From an uncultured Methanobacteriaceae archaeon (GTDB lineage: Archaea; Methanobacteriota; Methanobacteria; Methanobacteriales; Methanobacteriaceae), in NCBI GenBank assembly GCA_902797085.1, contig CADBRM010000049.1:2950-34949 (forward strand): DNA of 32,000 nt, read 5' to 3'. Position 1 is the stretch's first letter. Each line of letters begins with the position of its first letter. The notes beneath the pieces were generated by a model. That model saw only the letters and a program-made list of their open reading frames with translations. It was not told the origin of the DNA and ran no database searches. Positions 6,536 to 15,900 of this stretch are shown one piece after another. The translations under genes and the position numbers were made by a program.

Positions 6536-7435
6536 TTATTTTTCTATGACATCGAATATGATTCCATCTTGTAATGTTACATTGCAGACATATATCTTTG
6601 TAATGTTGAAGCGTATAGATAATGCTTTTGTTATCAGAAGGCTGGGTACTATAGTATGTACACGTTCTGAATCTACTTGTAGTGCTGGCTGGTAGTTTTC
6701 TTTTGTATTTGCAGATAGTTTGTCTAATACTAAATCGACTTGTTCTATTGTTAACAGGTTACTTTTGTCATCTTTGATTTTTAGGTGTTCAAATAATCTT
6801 TTTATTGTGACAAAGGTTTTTCCGATTCCATACAAATACTCTTTTGAATATCCTCCAAGTTCTAATTTGTCGATTCTTTTAAGGGTTTCATCTATGATTG
6901 CTTTTTGTTCTTCTTTTGTGGGATAAAGTAAACTTACATATTCATTAAATATTGTTAAAACACCTATGGGAATGCTTTTCTGTTCAAGAATGTTGTTTCT
7001 ATCTTCAAAGATGGTTATTTCACTACTTCCTCCACCCATATCCACGAAGATTCCCTCATCTGAAGGTAGGTCAATCCATTTTAATGATCGGAAGCTATGT
7101 TTTGCTTCTTCTTCACCGGTGAATATGGTGATATCAATATTTAATTTTTCTTTAACAATATCAAGTACTTCTTTTCTGTTATTTATATCACGCAGACTTG
7201 CAGTTGCAATGTAATATGATTTATCAACATGTAATTTTTCAGAATAAGTTTTAAATTCGTGTAAATTGGTAATAAGTACTTCTATTCCTTCATCAGTCAG
7301 AACATTGTTTTTTCTATATGAAATTAATCCCGTTGTTTTATCATGTATTATTACTGGTTCTATATCTCCGTCAATGTATTCATATATCTTGTATTTTAAG
7401 ATACTAGAACCTATGTCTATTATTGCGTATAACAT
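6536..7435 (-). CDS. Ppx/GppA phosphatase family (ASKHA fold) protein, two-domain short form
   Basis: AIIDIGSSILKYKIY (phosphate-1 DIGS), IATASLRDINN (ATSALR-like), FTGEEEAKHSF and FVDMGGGSSEITIF (DxGGGS). The ORF opens with GTG at 7444; I prefer ATG at 7435 (MLYAIIDIGSS), but the start is uncertain. Confidence 0.7.
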   Translation of the reverse strand: MLYAIIDIGSSILKYKIYEYIDGDIEPVIIHDKTTGLISYRKNNVLTDEGIEVLITNLHEFKTYSEKLHVDKSYYIATASLRDINNRKEVLDIVKEKLNIDITIFTGEEEAKHSFRSLKWIDLPSDEGIFVDMGGGSSEITIFEDRNNILEQKSIPIGVLTIFNEYVSLLYPTKEEQKAIIDETLKRIDKLELGGYSKEYLYGIGKTFVTIKRLFEHLKIKDDKSNLLTIEQVDLVLDKLSANTKENYQPALQVDSERVHTIVPSLLITKALSIRFNITKIYVCNVTLQDGIIFDVIEK

Positions 7436-7520
7436 TATCTTCACTAGTTATACTTTTGTTTTTTAAAGTAAATAAAATTAGTTTAAATGTTTTATAAAAA
7501 GGGGGTTAATAATGGAATAA

Positions 7521-7634
7521 TTAATCTTTATTCCAGTTTATAGCTCCATAAATTACACATACTAATGTAATGGCTACACAACCAAGGTATCCACCAAGTA
7601 TCCAAGGATCACTAAGTCCTAATATTTCAATCAT
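7521..7634 (-). CDS. 37-aa single-pass membrane peptide translationally coupled to the SSS transporter (symporter small accessory protein-like)
   Basis: Below the ORF-track cutoff. Sequence is MIEILGLSDPWILGGYLGCVAITLVCVIYGAINWNKD. Its ATG (7634-7632) overlaps the transporter TGA (7633-7631) as ATGA. GGTGAT SD lies 5 nt upstream, inside the transporter 3' end. It has one hydrophobic helix and a YG-x-x-NWNK tail. Confidence 0.55.
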   Translation of the reverse strand: MIEILGLSDPWILGGYLGCVAITLVCVIYGAINWNKD

Positions 7635-9235
7635 TGTGCATCACCTGAAACTTTTTTTGCTTCGAACATTTTATCGATTTCTTCTTGTTCTTCTTTTGAA
7701 TTGTGAGTAAGTAATGTTACTACAATTGTGATTATGAATGAAGCCGGTAATGCGATAACCATTGGATCTACATATGGCCATGGCATAGCTGTAAATAACA
7801 CTGTCTGACCAGTCAATAATTTACATAATCCTATTCCTGCTGCTTCTTTTTGGTGTGTGAATAATAAGCAGAATAAACTAATTAATGCTCCACTTACTAT
7901 ACCTGCTATAGCACCTTGTTTTGTTGTACGTTTCCAGAACAGTGCACAAATGTAAACAGGCATAAATGCTGCTGCACAAATACCGAAGAATATGGTTGTA
8001 CCCTGTGCTACTACTCCTCCAGGTAAGATGAAAGCTAAAATAACTGCTATAACGATACCTACTAAAATACCCATACGTGTTACACTCATACTTTCTTTAT
8101 TGTCTTTCCTTGTAGAAGCATATACGTCGTGACCAATAGCTGATCCTTGTGAATGGAATTGCGTACTTAGAGTACTCATTGCTGCACATAGTAAAGTTAA
8201 TGTGAATATGTATGTGAACCATTGAGGCATTGCTGAGCTAATGAATGTAGGGATAATTTTATCTACATTTCCTCCTGCGGCCTGAATGGCTATCTGTCCT
8301 GTAGTTTGATAGAAGTATGCATTGGATAATGATCCTACAACATATGCTGAGAATGTTGCTACAAATATGAATATTCCACCAATCAATACTCCTCTGTTTA
8401 ATTCTTTGTTACTGTTAACAGTCATGAATCTTACTGCTAATTGTGGTTGTGCGATAGCTCCTATTCCTACACCCATGATAATGGATGTTACTAGGTTCCA
8501 CCAGAATACAGTTCCGACTTGTGGGAATGTTGTCCATCCCGTTGCCCCTGTTGCTTTAGCACTTTCCGGGAATAACGGTGCCATGTTTGCTAATAAGGTA
8601 TGTGCTTCAGTTACTCCTCCAAGTATCCAATAGATACTGATTAATAATATGAGCATTCCGAAGAACATTATAATTCCTTGTACTGCATCTGTGTACATTA
8701 CACCTTTTAATCCACCGAATATTACATAGAAACCGATAATTACTGCTAAAATAATAATGGCAATTTGGAATTCTACACTTAAAGTCGTTTCTAAAAATCT
8801 TGCAGCACCTATGAGTACACTTGCTGCATATACGGGCATTGCACAAAAGATAAGTAATCCACTAAAGTATTGAATGAATTTACTGTTAAATCTTTTTGAT
8901 AAAAATTCTGGAAATGTTAATGCGTTCAAATATTTACCTATTGCTCTTGTTGGTTTACCAAAGAATACAAATGCTATGAAAATACCTACAGCGATATTTA
9001 AAAATACTAACCATAATATACCCATACCATTGGTACCTGCTAAACCTCCAAAACCTACGATAGCGGCTGTACTAATGAAAGTTGCACCGTAACTTAAAGC
9101 CATTACAAGAGAACTTGTCTTACGTCCTGCAACCAAGTAATCTTCATTACTACTAGTACGTTTCCAAGCAACATAACCGACCAGAACCATCATTGCAATG
9201 TAAACTAAAATAATCACTGCTAATAAATAATTCAT
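7631..9235 (-). CDS. Sodium:solute symporter (SSS) family transporter
   Basis: 534 aa, 13-14 TM segments. N-terminus WKRTSSNEDYLVAGRKTSSLVMALSYGATFISTAAIVGFGG is typical of SSS/PutP/PanF-type proteins. GGGAGAT SD lies upstream. Substrate unknown. Confidence 0.85.
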   Translation of the reverse strand: MNYLLAVIILVYIAMMVLVGYVAWKRTSSNEDYLVAGRKTSSLVMALSYGATFISTAAIVGFGGLAGTNGMGILWLVFLNIAVGIFIAFVFFGKPTRAIGKYLNALTFPEFLSKRFNSKFIQYFSGLLIFCAMPVYAASVLIGAARFLETTLSVEFQIAIIILAVIIGFYVIFGGLKGVMYTDAVQGIIMFFGMLILLISIYWILGGVTEAHTLLANMAPLFPESAKATGATGWTTFPQVGTVFWWNLVTSIIMGVGIGAIAQPQLAVRFMTVNSNKELNRGVLIGGIFIFVATFSAYVVGSLSNAYFYQTTGQIAIQAAGGNVDKIIPTFISSAMPQWFTYIFTLTLLCAAMSTLSTQFHSQGSAIGHDVYASTRKDNKESMSVTRMGILVGIVIAVILAFILPGGVVAQGTTIFFGICAAAFMPVYICALFWKRTTKQGAIAGIVSGALISLFCLLFTHQKEAAGIGLCKLLTGQTVLFTAMPWPYVDPMVIALPASFIITIVVTLLTHNSKEEQEEIDKMFEAKKVSGDAQ

Positions 9236-9361
9236 TATATCTCCCTATTATATTACTTAATTTAAAATATTATTTTATATTATATAGTTTGTATTTTATT
9301 ATTTATTAGCTTATTGTAGAAAAAAAGATAATTGTATTAAAAAAAAGAGTAGTGTAAATAG

Positions 9362-10363
9362 TTATTTTTTCTTTTTACGATAACTGGAGGGTAACACACC
9401 CATTTCCTTCTTAAATGCTTGGGCAAATTTACTGCTACTTTTATATCCTATCATGTTGGCAATTTTGGATATGGGATAATCAGTATTTTTTATTAATTCT
9501 TGTGCCCGATAAAACTTGTATTCCTTGTACCACGTGTATAAAGGTTTGCCGTACATATCCCTAAAACAGTTTTTTAACGTTGTTAGGTTAATACCATAAC
9601 TTACAGATAAGGTATCTAATGAAATATAACTGGCAATGTTTCTTGATAAAGAATTCTTAATGGTTCTGACAACTCTGATTTGTGCATCTGTGTATGTTCT
9701 CAGATACATTTTTTCATCTCTGATTTCATATTCAAATAATTCCAGTAACAGCTCCAAAGTTTTTAGTTGGAAATACATTCTCTGGGAAATATTACGTTTT
9801 GATTTAAATTCGAATAACTCTGTGATAATTTTGGTAATATTTTCCGGTGATTTAAATAGAATGTTGTTTTCCTCAGTTATTTGTTCAAATAGTTCTGAAA
9901 TCATTATTTTATATTCATTGTGGTAGTTTGCTTCGGATTCATTGAATTGTTTTCTGTTGATGAGTATGTGGAATACTTTTGTTTTTCCTAAATAACTGAA
10001 AAAACACGTGTTGGATCCTTTAATATATAAATTGATGTCTTTGTCCTTTAAAAACATATATTTGTCCGGTACAACTTCTAATCGGCATTGTCCTTCTATA
10101 ATGTAATTTATTATTAAATAATCTTCGGGGTTATCATATTCTAATATGTCATCCCTATCGCTTAATTTGTCTTTAATTTCGGAATCGTCTATTAAAATTG
10201 ATAAACCCGGTATTAAATTATAACATGTTAATTCTATGTTATACATATTGGGAATGTCTATGAAAACCTTTTTTCCACCAGGTATGTCTTCATAACGTTT
10301 GTATGGAGAGTATTCATCTTTTACTTTTATTTCATCTAAAGGATATTTCTCTATTTCTTTCAT
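9362..10363 (-). CDS. AraC/XylS family transcriptional regulator (N-terminal sensor domain + C-terminal double HTH)
   Basis: The C-terminal 100 aa, ISLDTLSVSYGINLTTLKNCFRDMYGKPLYTWYKEYKFYRAQELIKNTDYPISKIANMIGYKSSSKFAQAFKKEMGVLPSSYRK, is a textbook HTH_18/AraC signature. GGAGAG SD lies 8 nt upstream. Confidence 0.85.
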   Translation of the reverse strand: MKEIEKYPLDEIKVKDEYSPYKRYEDIPGGKKVFIDIPNMYNIELTCYNLIPGLSILIDDSEIKDKLSDRDDILEYDNPEDYLIINYIIEGQCRLEVVPDKYMFLKDKDINLYIKGSNTCFFSYLGKTKVFHILINRKQFNESEANYHNEYKIMISELFEQITEENNILFKSPENITKIITELFEFKSKRNISQRMYFQLKTLELLLELFEYEIRDEKMYLRTYTDAQIRVVRTIKNSLSRNIASYISLDTLSVSYGINLTTLKNCFRDMYGKPLYTWYKEYKFYRAQELIKNTDYPISKIANMIGYKSSSKFAQAFKKEMGVLPSSYRKKKK

Positions 10364-10457
10364 TAAATTATCTCTCCATCTTAATTATTAAATCATTAAT
10401 TCTATATTAAGTATGTATTTTTTTAATAATTATATTTTGTTGTTTGTTAATGAAATA

Positions 10458-13052
10458 TTATTTTAATTTTCTTCCAGTGTTGTTCTTCTGTTGCTTAATT
10501 TTTTTAACAATAGCTTCATGCATCCTTTTAATGAATTCTGCTCTTTCTTCATATTTTAATACATCAAGATATCCTCGGGACACCAAGTTAAAAGCAAAAG
10601 GTGTGGGTATTGTTGTATTGACTGTTCTGATGACAGTTTTCTGTTCTTCTATACTTTTCAATACCTCTTGAGCATGTTTGATATCCATATAATCCTCAAT
10701 AACTTCTCTACGGGCTTCATCTAGTATGGCAAAATGATTGTCAACCTCTTTAACAAAGTTTAATAATATTTTGCTGGTTACTTGTTGTCTGCCAACACTT
10801 TTTTCATGACCCTTATAACGACGAAGAATCATTAATGATCTATTGGCACAGTCTCTAAAACGACTTGCTAATGTTTCAGTTTTATCAATGGCCTGAATTA
10901 ATATTTCTCTAATATTTTCACTGTTCAGTTCTTCAAAAGCTTCAGCACCGCCTATTTTTGAATCACTGCTTAAATAGAAACCGTTGTCATCAATGCTTAT
11001 CATTACATCGTGATGATATCGTTGGGCAATGATATATGCAACAGCCCGGCTAAGAGCATCATTTACTCGTCTGCCATATAATGAATGGAAGACAACAAAC
11101 TTTCTGCCACCAAAACCAGTATAGTACTCGATTAATAATTTATTTTTTGATGGGATTTCACTGTACAGGTATTGTTCAACAAAATAGTAATATATGGAAC
11201 TGGCCGCATAATCGTCAACATACAGATAATCCTTAATATATTCCAGTATTTCCTCTTCCGATATATTGGTGGACAATTTCCATTCCATTATGGCTCTAAA
11301 ATTTTGTATGGATATTCCGATATCATAGGATAGGGGTAGTTGTTCTGAAACCCATGAGGGAATTGTAGGGGTACTGCCACTTGGAACAACGGTAACGGTC
11401 ATACCACGAGCATATTTGAACTGATATACACGTCCACCTAAAACAAAAGTGTCTCCCTTATGTAGACGTTCCATAAAGTCTCCATCAATGCTTCCAATAA
11501 CTTGACCATTGCATTTTACTTTGGCATGGCTTCTATCTGCAATAGTACCTATATTGGTGGAATAAAGTACACGAGCCATTTTTCCACGTTTACCGAAAGT
11601 ATTGGTATCCCAATCAAGCCAAATTTTTGCATAAACGTATCTTTGTTCTAACTTAGAATATTCACCGGCAAGATAACGAAGAACCTGTTCATATTCGTCC
11701 CAAGTTAGGTCTTTATATGGCATGGCTTGCTTTATGACGTGGTAAATGTGCTTGATGTTCTGTCTGCCCTCAATTGCAATACCATAAATGTGTTGGCTAA
11801 GAACATCTAAACAGTTTTGAGGAATGTTAATGCGGTCAATCTTTCCTTCTTTAGCGTTCTTTAATATCAGACTACATTCAACTAAATCGTCCCGGTTAAC
11901 AACAATCATACGACCCTTAGATTTTTCATGTAACTGATGACCACTACGTCCAATCCTTTGTAAAGCACGTGATACTGATTTGGGGGAACTTATAAGAATA
12001 ACTAAATCGATATAACCTATATCGATACCTAATTCTAAGGAGGTACTGCTGACAACAACCTTTAAATTACCATCTTTCAGTTGATTTTCTGTTTTAAGAC
12101 GTACTTCTTTGGATAAAGATGAGTGATGGGCCATAACATTGTTCTGGTTATAATACTTTGGAAAATGTTGTGTTAATTTATAAGAAACACTTTCAGCACC
12201 ACTACGGGTATTGGTGAATATTAAAGTAGTTTTATGTTCTTGAATTAATTTATGCAACAGGTTGTATAACTCGTTATTAAGGGTTTCTTGATCAGTTTCA
12301 ATAATGTTTTCAACAGGACATAAAACCTTCATGTCCAATTGTTTCAAGTAATTCACATTAACAATTTCACATTCACGTGGTTGTCCCCATGAATAACCGC
12401 TTAGAAAATTGGCGATTCTCTTTGGAGGACTGACTGTAGCACTAAGACCAATACGTGTAAAACCACCAGTCAACTCGTTAAGCCTTTCCAAACTAAGGCT
12501 TAAATGGGTTCCCCTTTTATTTTCAGCAAGAGAATGTATTTCATCAACAATGACATAACGAACACTTTTAAGCTTCTCTCTAAACTTTGGAGCAACAAGA
12601 AGAATAGATAATGTTTCAGGTGTTGTTATAAGGATATGTGGTGGATGTTTTAACATTTTGGAACGTTGATATTGGGTTGTATCTCCAGTTCTAACTGCAT
12701 GTCTAATTCCCACATCATGGCCTGCCATTTCATTAATGCCGTTGATGGGATCTTCCAAATTCTTAAATATGTCGTTATCCAGTGCTTTCAGTGGGGAAAT
12801 GTAAATGCAGTATACCTTTTCCTCAAGCATTCCCCTTTCACTAAGGCTAGTAAGACCTGAAAGAATAGCTAAAAACGCAGTCAATGTTTTACCTGAACCT
12901 GTAGGTGAAAGAATCAAAATGTTCTTACCTGCATTCACATGGGGGATAGCTTGTCTTTGAGCCTCAGTAAATGTTTCAAACCTCTTTTTAAACCATTTGC
13001 TTACATGGGGATGGAGTAAAGCATGGATATAATCATCACTGTATTCAGTCAA
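10458..13052 (-). CDS. lhr: Lhr-core type DExH-box ATP-dependent helicase (superfamily 2)
   Basis: 864 aa. Motif [19 protein letters not shown], motif [11 protein letters not shown] and motif [10 protein letters not shown], followed by a long C-terminal WH/domain-4 region typical of Lhr-core. The only possible start upstream of the conserved N-terminus is TTG at 13052. Confidence 0.85.
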   Translation of the reverse strand: MTEYSDDYIHALLHPHVSKWFKKRFETFTEAQRQAIPHVNAGKNILILSPTGSGKTLTAFLAILSGLTSLSERGMLEEKVYCIYISPLKALDNDIFKNLEDPINGINEMAGHDVGIRHAVRTGDTTQYQRSKMLKHPPHILITTPETLSILLVAPKFREKLKSVRYVIVDEIHSLAENKRGTHLSLSLERLNELTGGFTRIGLSATVSPPKRIANFLSGYSWGQPRECEIVNVNYLKQLDMKVLCPVENIIETDQETLNNELYNLLHKLIQEHKTTLIFTNTRSGAESVSYKLTQHFPKYYNQNNVMAHHSSLSKEVRLKTENQLKDGNLKVVVSSTSLELGIDIGYIDLVILISSPKSVSRALQRIGRSGHQLHEKSKGRMIVVNRDDLVECSLILKNAKEGKIDRINIPQNCLDVLSQHIYGIAIEGRQNIKHIYHVIKQAMPYKDLTWDEYEQVLRYLAGEYSKLEQRYVYAKIWLDWDTNTFGKRGKMARVLYSTNIGTIADRSHAKVKCNGQVIGSIDGDFMERLHKGDTFVLGGRVYQFKYARGMTVTVVPSGSTPTIPSWVSEQLPLSYDIGISIQNFRAIMEWKLSTNISEEEILEYIKDYLYVDDYAASSIYYYFVEQYLYSEIPSKNKLLIEYYTGFGGRKFVVFHSLYGRRVNDALSRAVAYIIAQRYHHDVMISIDDNGFYLSSDSKIGGAEAFEELNSENIREILIQAIDKTETLASRFRDCANRSLMILRRYKGHEKSVGRQQVTSKILLNFVKEVDNHFAILDEARREVIEDYMDIKHAQEVLKSIEEQKTVIRTVNTTIPTPFAFNLVSRGYLDVLKYEERAEFIKRMHEAIVKKIKQQKNNTGRKLK

Positions 13053-13829
13053 TTACATCAACCCATTATAATCATAGTATTCCTCTTCAACGCTAAGGAT
13101 GTCCTTAACCAAACCAAAAGAGTAAACCTCTTCATCCTCGACTGCAATAACATCAAAATCAGAAACATCCTTTATAAAAGGGGAGATAGTTTTTTCATGC
13201 AACACGTCAGAACCGGAACTGATTGGAGTAAAAGAAGGTGTGACAATTAGATTATATTCATTCCACATACCAACAAGGAAAGATTTAACCTTTTCTACAC
13301 GTTCACCATTTCTAATGCCAATACAAGGATGTTCATGACCTATCACAATAGTATTGATGTTGTTTGGGATGCTATCCGGAATTCTGTGGCCATGAGTTAT
13401 AAGAAAATTATTTAAGATAATTTCATCTTCCATAATAATGTCCCTTTTATTTAAAATATACTGTGTAAAATTATCATGATTTCCCTTAGTAACTCGAATA
13501 TCTACAAAAATATCTGATAGAAAATCTATAAAATCTAAAACTTCCTTCCATTCCTGTTTACTGATGTCTTGAAAGTTGTGTTTTATGTCTCCATTCAAAA
13601 TAATGTTGGTTGCATTGGCCTTTTCCTGAATGTTACTCAGTGAATCGATTAATTTTTCATACTGGAATTGTGGAATCATCAAACCTTGATTATTAAGACT
13701 GGTTTCATAACCAAAATGTAAATCAGAAATTATTAAAGTATCATCAATTTTTAAAGCTTTGCTAATTATTTCTGCATCAAAAATTTTTGTAGAGGATTTC
13801 ATAATATTATCTTTGTTAAAACAAATCAT
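13053..13829 (-). CDS. Binuclear metallophosphoesterase (SbcD/Mre11-related MPE, archaeal MJ0037-like)
   Basis: Calcineurin-like motifs are present in order: ISDLHFG, NGDIKHN, GNHD, THGH, GHEHP. The stop TAA (13055-13053) directly abuts the Lhr TTG start. Confidence 0.8.
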   Translation of the reverse strand: MICFNKDNIMKSSTKIFDAEIISKALKIDDTLIISDLHFGYETSLNNQGLMIPQFQYEKLIDSLSNIQEKANATNIILNGDIKHNFQDISKQEWKEVLDFIDFLSDIFVDIRVTKGNHDNFTQYILNKRDIIMEDEIILNNFLITHGHRIPDSIPNNINTIVIGHEHPCIGIRNGERVEKVKSFLVGMWNEYNLIVTPSFTPISSGSDVLHEKTISPFIKDVSDFDVIAVEDEEVYSFGLVKDILSVEEEYYDYNGLM

Positions 13830-14120
13830 AAATTATTTTTCCCTAAAAACATTAAGTAATTCACTTTTTCATAGACTTTTCAGTGGTATTAAAATAAGTA
13901 AGTATGTTTTTTGAGAAAATCAATAAAAAAACAGTTTGTTCCGATTTTCTATTTATTTAATTATGTTACTTATTGTTATTTATTTAACTGAGTACTGTTG
14001 GATTTCCATGTTTCCATGATTTTTTATCACATATTCGTTTATAAAAAATAATATTAATTACCTTTTTATAGATATAATACTAAGAAAGAATTATAATAAT
14101 TTTTTGGGAGAACGTTTTTA

Positions 14121-14708
14121 ATGAGTGATTTAGATACAATTAAACAAAACATGGCTAGTGAAGACTATGAAATACGATTGGATGCTTGTAAGGAAATAGT
14201 TGAATTTCCTGATGAAGGAATTCCTATGCTTATTGACACTTTTTCCGATGAGAATCCACATGTAAGGTTTCAAGCTGCAAAATCATTAGCAGAAATTGGA
14301 ACAGATTCAATCAAACCATTAATTTCAGCATTAAAATCTGATGATACTAAGGTTCAAAAATATGTGATTTTAGCTCTTAAGGATATTGGTGATGATACTG
14401 TTGCAACAGAACTTATTGAAGCATTAAAATCTGATGATTTTGCTATAAGAAAATTTGCTGCTAAAGCATTGGGGGAAATGGAAGTTAAAAGTGCTGTAGA
14501 TCCTATTATTGAATTATTAACTGATGATGATTGGGGTGTAAGAACTTCTGCAACTAAAGCTTTGGGTGATATTAAAGATAAAAAAGCAATTGATCCGATT
14601 AAAAAAGCAAGAAGAGCTGCAACCGGTGACAAGGACTTTAAAAAAGTGGCAAACAAGGCTCTTAAAAAAATTGATCCTAAACCAAAAAAGAAAAAAGCTA
14701 AAAAATAA
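14121..14708 (+). CDS. HEAT (PBS-lyase-like) repeat protein with a poly-lysine C-terminal tail
   Basis: Four to five ~31-aa repeats: D-x-x-x-x-VR-x-x-A-x-x-AL-G-x-I.. (DENPHVRFQAAKSLAEIG / DDFAIRKFAAKALGEM / DDWGVRTSATKALGDI). The exact 18-mer gcattaaaatctgatgat at 14328-14345 recurs at 14421-14438 (93 bp = 31 codons). The tail is KKIDPKPKKKKAKK. Confidence 0.8.
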   Translation: MSDLDTIKQNMASEDYEIRLDACKEIVEFPDEGIPMLIDTFSDENPHVRFQAAKSLAEIGTDSIKPLISALKSDDTKVQKYVILALKDIGDDTVATELIEALKSDDFAIRKFAAKALGEMEVKSAVDPIIELLTDDDWGVRTSATKALGDIKDKKAIDPIKKARRAATGDKDFKKVANKALKKIDPKPKKKKAKK

Positions 14709-14718
14709 ATTTTCTTTC

Positions 14719-15552
14719 TCATATTCTTTTTTTATAGATGGTTTCGTACACATCTTCTCTTTTATTTTTTAATATCGGTATTTGTTCACGAACGGTGCTG
14801 ATTGAATCCGGTTTTAATTTAGAATATATTATTTCCTCTTTTTCGTTTGCTTGGGTTAATATTTTTCCCCAAGGGTCAACTATCATGGAATGTCCCCATG
14901 CAACATAATAAGGGTTATCAATTTGACTGGGTGAAGTAGCTACAACAAATGTCTGATTATCGATTGCACGTGCACGAATCAGTGTTTCCCAATGGAGGGG
15001 ACCTGTGGTTCTATTAAATGCTCCTGGCAGTAGGATAATGTCGGAATTGTTTTTGTTCATCAAGGTCCATAATTCAGTAAATCTGATGTCATAACATATT
15101 GCTATTGAAATAGTTGCAAGCGGCGTTTTTACAGTTGTAACTTTGTTTCCTGGGGATAATGTGTCTGATTCAGTAAATTTCATGGTTTCGGTATCAATAT
15201 CGAACATGTGCATTTTTCTATGTTTTGCTATGATTTCCCCTTTATCATTAATCAGGTAAGCGGTATTGTAAATTTTTTCATTTTCCAGTTCTGCGATAGA
15301 ACCAGCTTCTAAATAAATATTTTCTTCTCTAGCTATTTCACACATTCTATTTAATGTAATGCTGTCTTTTTCTTCTTCAGCATTTTCAATAAATTTGCTG
15401 TTATCATATGGCGTATTAAACATTTCAGGTAGTGTGATTAATTGTGCATCGTTATTTGATGCCTCTTTAATAAGTTCCATCGCATGTTCGATATTTTTTT
15501 CCTTGTTGTCAATAACATTCATTTGACAACTTGCTATCTTAATTTCTTCCAT
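14719..15552 (-). CDS. Carbon-nitrogen hydrolase (nitrilase/omega-amidase superfamily)
   Basis: The E-K-C triad context is LPEMFNTPY, HRKMHMFD and IAICYDIRF. I call the start at ATG 15552 (MEEIKIASCQMN), with GAGGG upstream. The 61-codon N-terminal extension of ORF 14719-15735 is low-complexity and collides with the divergent gene at 15635. Confidence 0.85.
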   Translation of the reverse strand: MEEIKIASCQMNVIDNKEKNIEHAMELIKEASNNDAQLITLPEMFNTPYDNSKFIENAEEEKDSITLNRMCEIAREENIYLEAGSIAELENEKIYNTAYLINDKGEIIAKHRKMHMFDIDTETMKFTESDTLSPGNKVTTVKTPLATISIAICYDIRFTELWTLMNKNNSDIILLPGAFNRTTGPLHWETLIRARAIDNQTFVVATSPSQIDNPYYVAWGHSMIVDPWGKILTQANEKEEIIYSKLKPDSISTVREQIPILKNKREDVYETIYKKRI

Positions 15553-15634
15553 AATGTTCCCTCTCATCTCAGGTAAATAATAATTTATATTTACTATAGT
15601 ATACAAATTACGAATAAGGAACATAGGTGAGAAC

Positions 15635-15895
15635 ATGTTGGAAGTAGAAATTGATAGAAATAATTGTGCTGGCTGTGGTGCATGTACTAAAGCATCAATG
15701 ATTTTATTTTTGGATGAAGATAAACTAGTTAACATGCAGGGAGCATATGTGGAAGATGGAATTGTTGAAGGATTTGTTAAAACAATATATGAAATAGAAA
15801 CATCCGCAAGTATTTGTCCAAATGATTGTTTTACAGTATTTGATGAATCCGGTGAAGAAATAGAAATAGAGCGTCATGCAAAATTGGAGGATTGA
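15635..15895 (+). CDS. Small mono-cluster ferredoxin-like protein (86 aa)
   Basis: EIDRNNCAGCGACTKAS ... SASICPNDC gives CxxCxxC plus a distal CP, the arrangement of single-[4Fe-4S]/[3Fe-4S] archaeal ferredoxins. AGGTGAG lies 4 nt upstream, and TTTATATT lies about 45 nt upstream. Confidence 0.65.
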   Translation: MLEVEIDRNNCAGCGACTKASMILFLDEDKLVNMQGAYVEDGIVEGFVKTIYEIETSASICPNDCFTVFDESGEEIEIERHAKLED

Positions 15896-15900
15896 AAAAA

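Noticed and set aside
13830-14120. Direct repeat ttccatg-ttccatg and short ORFs in the MPE / HEAT divergent spacer
   Set aside because: A 7-mer duplication in AT-rich DNA is not significant. The ORFs are 11 codons or shorter and lack an SD.
14354-14753. 122-aa and 78-aa minus-strand ORFs
   Set aside because: They are antisense shadows of the HEAT-repeat gene. Their repetitiveness mirrors the 93-bp coding periodicity of the plus strand.
15553-15735. Long N-terminal extension of the nitrilase ORF overlapping the divergent ferredoxin-like gene
   Set aside because: Nitrilase-superfamily proteins begin close to the MEEIKIASCQ strand. The extension would remove the divergent promoter region and has no SD.
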